A stretch of DNA of 64,000 nt from an uncultured Collinsella sp. (lineage in GTDB: Bacteria; Actinomycetota; Coriobacteriia; Coriobacteriales; Coriobacteriaceae), in NCBI GenBank assembly GCA_900752545.1, contig CAADVS010000038.1:6083-70082 (forward strand), in the 5' to 3' direction. Under the pieces are notes generated by a model. It was given only the letters and a program-made list of their open reading frames with translations, did no database searches and was not told the origin of the DNA. Shown here piece by piece: positions 58,422-64,000 of the stretch; the first letter of the stretch is position 1, and each line of letters begins with the position of its first letter. A program made the position numbers and the translations under genes.

Positions 58422-59159
58422 TTAGTCTCGCGCGTCGGTGATGGCGACTACGGTTAGCTGGGTTTCATCGACCGCAAACGATATGTCGAGCCCGGCGTAA
58501 GCCAAGTGATAAACGCGGTTTGGCTCGTGCTTGCTGCCTGCGCGGCGTGGATCTTGGCGAAGGACCTCGACCAAGCCGGGGAGCTTTGCGGGCGGGACCA
58601 TATCCTGCAGCGCTTGCGGGAACTCAACATCGAGCTCTTGCCACGGAGCATCCTCAATCCAGCCGCCCGTCGCATCCGGGTGACAGTCGGCAAATGGAAT
58701 GTAAGGCTTGATATCGTAGATGGGCGTGCCATCGCGCAGGTCGGCCCCCAGCACATGGATGATGGGGCCATCGTCGGTGAGCTCGACACGATTAAGCTTG
58801 ACGCAGGTGAGCCCGATGGGATTAGGGCGAAACGGACTGCGCGTGGCAAAGACGCCCACACGCTCGGCCCCGCCTAGACGCGGCGGGCGCACGGTCTTCG
58901 ACCACTTGGCATTGGTGCCGGACCTGTCCTGCGTTTTGGCATCGGCGGCTATGTCCTTAGCCGTGCCGCCGGGCGTTCCGTTTTCGAAGCGCCACAGCAG
59001 CCATAGGTGAGAGAAGGAGTCCAGGCCCTCAACCGCTGCGTTGGAGGCAAATTCCGGCTCAAAAACGATGCGTCCCTGCAGATGGGGCGCCAAAAAGCTG
59101 TTGCGCGGAATGCCGAACTTCTGCGGCAGGTCGGTATGTATGTGTGCGATAGGTTCCAT
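58422..59159 (-). CDS. tsaA: tRNA m6t6A37 methyltransferase TrmO/TsaA
   Basis: KFGIPR, FSHLWLLW.F, TVRPPRLGG...GVFATRSPFRPNPIGL, DGTPIYDIKPY, QDPR. Confidence 0.92.
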   Translation of the reverse strand: MEPIAHIHTDLPQKFGIPRNSFLAPHLQGRIVFEPEFASNAAVEGLDSFSHLWLLWRFENGTPGGTAKDIAADAKTQDRSGTNAKWSKTVRPPRLGGAERVGVFATRSPFRPNPIGLTCVKLNRVELTDDGPIIHVLGADLRDGTPIYDIKPYIPFADCHPDATGGWIEDAPWQELDVEFPQALQDMVPPAKLPGLVEVLRQDPRRAGSKHEPNRVYHLAYAGLDISFAVDETQLTVVAITDARD

Positions 59160-59300
59160 GCCGGTCATTGTACGGCATGGAGGCGTGGGGCATTGCGCGC
59201 AATTCTTCGCCACGGTCCCCCGTCGTGCAACCAACGGTTGCTTGGAAGGGTGCCTGCCGCCGCGTATGCTTAAGCCATCAACCAGCAGAAAGGAGCCGCT

Positions 59301-60128
59301 ATGGCCTTTGCAGAAAAGCTCATCGCTGTCCGTCGCGTCCATCACCTTACCCAGGAGCAGCTCGCCGCCAAGCTCTTCGTCACGCGCCAAGCCGTCAGCC
59401 GTTGGGAACGCGGCGAGGTCACACCGGGCATCGACATGATGAAGCTCATTGCCGCTGTGACCGGCGAGCCCCTATCTCACCTGCTCGAAATGCCCGAGCA
59501 TTATTGCCAGAGCTGCGGCATGATACTCACGCCCGACGACTGCGGCACCGATGCCACGGGCGCCACGACCGACCATTACTGCAAGTGGTGCTACGACCAC
59601 GGCAAGTACACCTACGACACCACCATGGAGGCGATGATTGAGGATTGTGCCCCGCGGCTGGCGCAAAACACCGGCATGTCGCTCGACGAAGCCGTCTCGC
59701 TCATGGGCGCCGTCCTGCCGCAACTGGAGCGCTGGCACACCGTGCAGGAAAACGAAGAGCGCTACGGCGCCGAGGCGCGGGCGCGCTATGGCGATGAGGC
59801 TATCGATGCAGCAAACGAAACGTTACTGGACATGGATCCTCAGACATGGAACGACATGAAGGAACTTGAACGCGCTATTTTGGGTCAGCTCTCGATTGCC
59901 ATGGGCGACGGCGATGCGGACGGAAGCGAGGCTCGCAAGCTTGTCGCGATGCATCGTCGTTGGATTGGTCTCAACTGGGGACACGAGCCCCAAAGCGAAG
60001 CGTACCGGGGCCTCGCCCACGATTATCTTGCCGACCAGCGCTTTATCGACTACTACGACAAGCCCTGCGGCACCGGAGCCACGGCGTTTCTGGTACAGGC
60101 CATCGAGTCGTCGTTGACGCGCGCATAG
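59301..60128 (+). CDS. XRE-HTH / zinc ribbon / TipAS-like fusion regulator
   Basis: LTQEQLA.KLFVTRQAVSRWERG; YCQSCGM...YCKWCYDHG; EARARYG...H..W...Y.GLA..Y.AD.RF..YYD....G...FL..AI. Confidence 0.82.
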   Translation: MAFAEKLIAVRRVHHLTQEQLAAKLFVTRQAVSRWERGEVTPGIDMMKLIAAVTGEPLSHLLEMPEHYCQSCGMILTPDDCGTDATGATTDHYCKWCYDHGKYTYDTTMEAMIEDCAPRLAQNTGMSLDEAVSLMGAVLPQLERWHTVQENEERYGAEARARYGDEAIDAANETLLDMDPQTWNDMKELERAILGQLSIAMGDGDADGSEARKLVAMHRRWIGLNWGHEPQSEAYRGLAHDYLADQRFIDYYDKPCGTGATAFLVQAIESSLTRA

Positions 60129-60179
60129 ACCGCGGCGGCTTTGGGTATTTCAATCAAAACCTCAACCGATTGGAGACCC

Positions 60180-60425
60180 ATGGCTACTGATCATGAGCTC
60201 GCGCTCTACGTTATGACTGGCTGCCCGTATTGCTTAAAGGTCAAGCGCTTTTTGGCCGATAACGGCGTGACCATTCCCGAGCGCAATATCTCGACCGATT
60301 CCGATGCCGAGCAGACACTCATCGCCATCGGCGGAAAACGCCAGGTTCCCTGCCTGTTCATCGACGGCAAACCACTCTACGAGTCGAGCGACATCATCGC
60401 GTGGGTACAAGAAAACCTGCTCTAG
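60180..60425 (+). CDS. Glutaredoxin
   Basis: CPYC, GGKRQVPCL.IDG..LYES.DI. Confidence 0.9.
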   Translation: MATDHELALYVMTGCPYCLKVKRFLADNGVTIPERNISTDSDAEQTLIAIGGKRQVPCLFIDGKPLYESSDIIAWVQENLL

Positions 60426-60467
60426 TACGCGCATCCCGTCCGTCCAAGGGCCCACCCCATACGGCCT

Positions 60468-60545
60468 AAACATGTACACCAGCATCCAAAGTCGACATTT
60501 TTCGACATCTTTGGATGCTGGTGTACAGTTTTTGCGGGTAGTCAT
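60468..60545 (+). repeat. Family-C hairpin repeat, copy 1 (direct repeat of 61551-61629)
   Basis: TGTACACCAGCATCCAAAG...CTTTGGATGCTGGTGTACA hairpin, followed by a degenerate family-B unit. Confidence 0.85.
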
Positions 60546-60630
60546 GGACGCTCTTAACCGGCTAATTGTTTGAGACGACCTTTGGATTATGGCTGTTTGA
60601 TGCCTCGGGAAAGAGTTTCCGAGGGAGCTA

Positions 60631-60858
60631 TGGTCAAAAAAGGGCAAATATGAGTACTGCTACCTGTTTAGTAGCAGCAATTTTGATCATTTCAGGAACT
60701 ATTCAACGTTCCACTCGTCCGCAGACGACGTTATTTCTCCTCATATGTTCAATAAACGTAGCTCCTAATGGGAACAAGTCTCATCAGGAGCTACTAATTA
60801 TAGCAAAATAAATGCAACTATAATGGCAACAGTACTCATATTTGCCCTTTTTTGACCA
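60631..60858. mobile_element. 228-bp AT-rich element bounded by 29-bp perfect inverted repeats (MITE-like/invertible/structured RNA)
   Basis: TGGTCAAAAAAGGGCAAATATGAGTACTG (60631-60659) and its exact reverse complement (60830-60858). Confidence 0.55.
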
Positions 60859-60958
60859 CGACCCTCCAGAATAGCCGCTGAGGACGACACTAAATGACAA
60901 AATCCGACACTTGGACGTTCTTATATGACTAGCCATTGAAGGACACCTAACGACTACT

Positions 60959-61010
60959 CCCATTCGCGACACACTGTGTCGCGAATTAAGCTGGTCCCAT
61001 TATCGAAGAC
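60959..61010 (+). pseudogene. Fragment resembling the YhcG/DUF1016 N-terminal domain
   Basis: Translates PIRDTLCRELSWSHYRR, matching the DUF1016 'LSWSHY' signature; no start codon or continuation. Confidence 0.55.
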
Positions 61011-61262
61011 CAGTGAGAGCTCCTGCCCAGAATCTCGATAGCCTAATAAAGCGCTCTCCTCCGGAAGTTCAATGAGCATCTAAATTCCAGGCTGAAAAGC
61101 AAAGGAGTATCGAAGCCATCGACGCTCATTTCCTATCGGAAAAACTAGTCAACACAAGCTAATTAGCTTGATAAACTGCTTGTATTTTTGTCTACAAAAC
61201 TGTATACAAAAATAGATTCCGAGAACCAGCGCTCGACATTATGCCAATCGATAGGAGGCGCT

Positions 61263-61529
61263 ATGGACGCTAAGCAGCTCGAAAAGATGATGGGGTTTGC
61301 CCCCGGAGAGTTGGAGAAAGCCGCGGAGGCATACGAAAAAGATGAGTGGCCGAAGGGTCGCACCATCAAGCTGGGAAGGCCGTCGATCTCCGATGAGCCA
61401 AGCGTTGTTTTATCGGCACGTGTGGGTGAGTCTGTTCTTGATGCGTTTGACGCAAAAGCAAAGCGCCATGGGCAAACACGCACGGAGCGACTCAGAGAGC
61501 TCATCACGCTCGATGCAATGATTGCCTAG
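61263..61529 (+). CDS. Ribbon-helix-helix (CopG-like) protein, antitoxin-like
   Basis: AGGAGG RBS; GRPS...VVLSARV....DAFD.KA...GQTRTERLRELI. Confidence 0.72.
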   Translation: MDAKQLEKMMGFAPGELEKAAEAYEKDEWPKGRTIKLGRPSISDEPSVVLSARVGESVLDAFDAKAKRHGQTRTERLRELITLDAMIA

Positions 61530-61550
61530 ACTCCACTCCCCCGCCGACCC

Positions 61551-61679
61551 AAACATGTACGCCAGCATCCAAAGTCGACATTTTTCGACATCTTTGGATG
61601 CTGGCCTACAGCTTTTTGTGGGTAGTCATCGGGGACGTTCTTAAATGACTAGTCGTTAAAAAACGTCCCCAACGACTAA
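61551..61679 (+). repeat. Family-C hairpin repeat copy 2 plus family-B palindrome
   Basis: Repeat of 60468-60545, then TAGTCATCGGGGACGTT...AACGTCCCCAACGACTA. Confidence 0.85.
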
Positions 61680-62633
61680 CTAGCCGTGGAAGCGGGCTAT
61701 GGGTGCAAGTGGCTGCTCGCGAAAGACGCGCTCGACGGCGGCTCGGTATTCGTCGACCTTTTTGGTCTTACGCACGAGTTTGTGAACGGTAGTGGGGTCG
61801 GCGAAGGCGCATTTGACGTAGAACCACCACTCCTTCATGCGAAAGACCGCGTTACCGCCAATCTCTTCTGCATATGCCGCAAACAGCGTGTCGTGGAAGC
61901 GCTGCAGCTCGGCTGCCGTGGCAGCAGGGCCGCCCTTAACCACGCGAGCCAGCGCGGGGTTCGCGAGCAAGCCACGTCCCAGCATTACATGGCGCGTGCC
62001 GGGATAGGCCTCCACCAGCGCACCCATATCCTCAAGATCAAAAATGTCGCCGTTGTATGCCACCGGAAACGGCGCACGCTCCAGCGTCTCGCCATAAAAC
62101 TCCTTGCGCGGCGAGCCCGTATAGCGGTCCTTTTGTACGCGCGGATGCACGATCAGCTCTGCCAGCGGCATGCGGCAATACAGATCGAGCACACGCTCGT
62201 ATTCGTCGTCACTCTCCAGCCCCAGCCTGGTTTTTACCGACACCGGCAATGGCGAGCGTTCGCACACGTCGCTCAAGAACACCTCAAGTTCGTCGAGATT
62301 ACGCAAGAAACCCGAGCCCTTACCCTTGGCGACAACTGTTCCCGAGGGGCAACCCAGGTTGAGATTGACCTCGCGATAGCCCATGCCGGCGAGCACCTGT
62401 GCCGCCCACACAAACTCGTCCGCGTTCTTGGACATCAACTGAGGCACCACGTTGAGCCCCTGGTTATTGGCAGGATCGATCTCCTTAAACGCCTTGCCGC
62501 CAAAGCGGTTTCCCACCCGCGGCGGCGGCAAAAACGGCGTGTAATAACAATCGAGCGCACCGAAGCACTCCGCATGCACGCGACGGAACACATGCCCGGT
62601 AATCCCCTCCATGGGGGCCAACGATAGAATCAT
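61680..62633 (-). CDS. tRNA-dihydrouridine synthase (Dus family)
   Basis: LAPMEGIT, NLNLGCP, SVKTRLG, VHPR, YNGDI, MLGRGLLANP. Confidence 0.9.
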   Translation of the reverse strand: MILSLAPMEGITGHVFRRVHAECFGALDCYYTPFLPPPRVGNRFGGKAFKEIDPANNQGLNVVPQLMSKNADEFVWAAQVLAGMGYREVNLNLGCPSGTVVAKGKGSGFLRNLDELEVFLSDVCERSPLPVSVKTRLGLESDDEYERVLDLYCRMPLAELIVHPRVQKDRYTGSPRKEFYGETLERAPFPVAYNGDIFDLEDMGALVEAYPGTRHVMLGRGLLANPALARVVKGGPAATAAELQRFHDTLFAAYAEEIGGNAVFRMKEWWFYVKCAFADPTTVHKLVRKTKKVDEYRAAVERVFREQPLAPIARFHG

Positions 62634-62658
62634 CTACTCTTCTCTCATATCAACGAAC

Positions 62659-62685
62659 GTGACAAAGGAACTGCCCTTTTGTCAC
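62659..62685. repeat. Family-A REP-like palindrome
   Basis: GTGACAAAGGAACTGCCCTTTTGTCAC. Confidence 0.72.
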
Positions 62686-62686
62686 A

Positions 62687-64000
62687 TTATTCGGAGCGCA
62701 GGGCTTCCACGGGGTCCTTCTTGGATGCGCTGCGGGCAGGCAGCAGGCCGGCAACGACCGTTAGCAGCACCGAAATTGCGATGAGCACCAGCGCATCCTG
62801 CGCGGGCAGGCTCATCAGGTTGGGTACTTGTTTGGCAGCAAGCGCCCAGGTATTAACCGGGAAGCTCACGGCCACCACGACGACAATGGCAAAGACGCCG
62901 GCAATGAGGCCCTCGATAAAGGTCTCGGCATTGAATACGTTGGCCACGTTACGCTTCGACGCGCCGATCGCACGCAGGATGCCAATCTCCTTTTTGCGTT
63001 CCAGCACGCTGATGTAGGTGATGATGCCGATCATGATGGAGCTCACGACCAGGCTGATACTCACGAATGCGATGAGCACCAAGCTGATGGTGTTCACGAT
63101 GTCGGTCACCGAACCCATGATGATGCCCATGTAGTCGGTGTATGAGATTGCCTGTTCATCGTGGCCAGAGGCTTTGACCTGCTTGTTGTACGCGTCGATG
63201 TGATCGAGCACGCGCTCCTTGGCCTCAAAGTCGCGCGGGAAAATCTTGACCGAGATGGGGTCCGCCTCATCCGCATAGCCCAGCGTGGTCAGATTGTTGT
63301 CGTAGGTGAGCTGCAACGCCTTGGCATAACTCATCATGAGCGAACTCAGGTCCTCGGCGTCCATGTTGAAATGGATGGCACGAGCAAAGGCGCTCGCATC
63401 CACACGCATAGCGCTCGCTAGGTTGGCAAAACTCGAAGACATCTGCGTCGCCATCTGGTCCATAAGCCCTGCCGCACCCGCCTTGAGCTGAGCTGACACC
63501 GTCGCCGCAATCTGATCGTTGATTGCCTTTATCACCTGATCCATAGCCTGCTGCAGATACGGAGCCAGCTGCTTTTGCACATAGTCGGTCATCGCCTGCT
63601 GCAGGCGCTCGGCCAGGGCATCGCCGCCGAGCGCTTTTAGCTGGGCAAGGATTTGCTGGGCCGTGGCATCATTCTCAAGATACGTCGAGAATGCGGCGGC
63701 GAGCTTTGACGCGTCCTTAAGATTATCGGGCGACAGCGCCTTAAACTGATCAGACTGCAAAAAGCCCTCAAACAGCTGGTTGGCTAGTGTTCCCACCTGC
63801 TGCATTTGCTCGGGCGTGAGTTCCAGACCGTCAAAGATACCCGAGAAATCTGGGGTTGGCGCTTTTGCCATGATGTCGCTGAAGTCGATGTCCTTGCCAA
63901 CGCCCGAAAGGTCAATGTCCAGCCCGGACAAATCGATACCAGAAAGGTCCATACCGCCGGCTGCACCCGAGAGCGCAGACGCATCGAACGAGAACGCGCT
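62687..64000 (-). CDS. MacB/FtsX-type ABC transporter permease, C-terminal part (partial)
   Basis: IMIGIITYISVLERKKEIGILRAIGAS...FNAE, ASKKDPVEALRSE; the frame runs off the window end. Confidence 0.9.
   Translation of the reverse strand, partial: SAFSFDASALSGAAGGMDLSGIDLSGLDIDLSGVGKDIDFSDIMAKAPTPDFSGIFDGLELTPEQMQQVGTLANQLFEGFLQSDQFKALSPDNLKDASKLAAAFSTYLENDATAQQILAQLKALGGDALAERLQQAMTDYVQKQLAPYLQQAMDQVIKAINDQIAATVSAQLKAGAAGLMDQMATQMSSSFANLASAMRVDASAFARAIHFNMDAEDLSSLMMSYAKALQLTYDNNLTTLGYADEADPISVKIFPRDFEAKERVLDHIDAYNKQVKASGHDEQAISYTDYMGIIMGSVTDIVNTISLVLIAFVSISLVVSSIMIGIITYISVLERKKEIGILRAIGASKRNVANVFNAETFIEGLIAGVFAIVVVVAVSFPVNTWALAAKQVPNLMSLPAQDALVLIAISVLLTVVAGLLPARSASKKDPVEALRSE

Noticed and set aside
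60566..60972. Short ORFs in the AT-rich islet (81 aa and 62 aa)
   Set aside because: No RBS or motif; they run through the inverted repeats, which explains their shared peptide.
60468..61679. CRISPR array or retron
   Set aside because: Repeats are few and irregularly spaced with no uniform spacers; there is no cas or reverse transcriptase gene in the window.

Overview
GC-rich chromosomal window from a gut actinobacterium. Gene content and codon style suggest class Coriobacteriia, probably Collinsella (inferred, not searched). About 55 CDSs are mostly housekeeping or metabolic: Kup, bile salt hydrolase, two NCS2 permeases, core MetE with a MetR/MtaR-like LysR, a TPP-riboswitch thiM-thiE operon, two GGDEF/EAL proteins, TrmL, UvrA-class-II, a TetM-like GTPase, RsmJ, RlmA, MATE, Ung, RF3, a YtrA-type ABC operon, two hybrid histidine kinases, PatB, TrmO and Dus. 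I saw no rRNA, tRNA, CRISPR array, integrase or transposase. The best candidates for undescribed biology are: (1) a probable preQ1-I riboswitch controlling a YhhQ/VUT transporter plus an intact SDR oxidoreductase, possibly a new queuosine-salvage enzyme; (2) families of REP-like palindromes that bracket accessory cargo, including two paralogous AAA-wHTH ATPases each preceded by three 10-bp direct repeats, and an AT-rich islet with a 29-bp perfect inverted repeat element, a DUF1016 relic and an orphan RHH gene; (3) a 2.04-kb tandem duplication of a sortase-anchored surface protein whose breakpoint lies inside the upstream permease gene. All calls come from motif recognition; no database searches were run.
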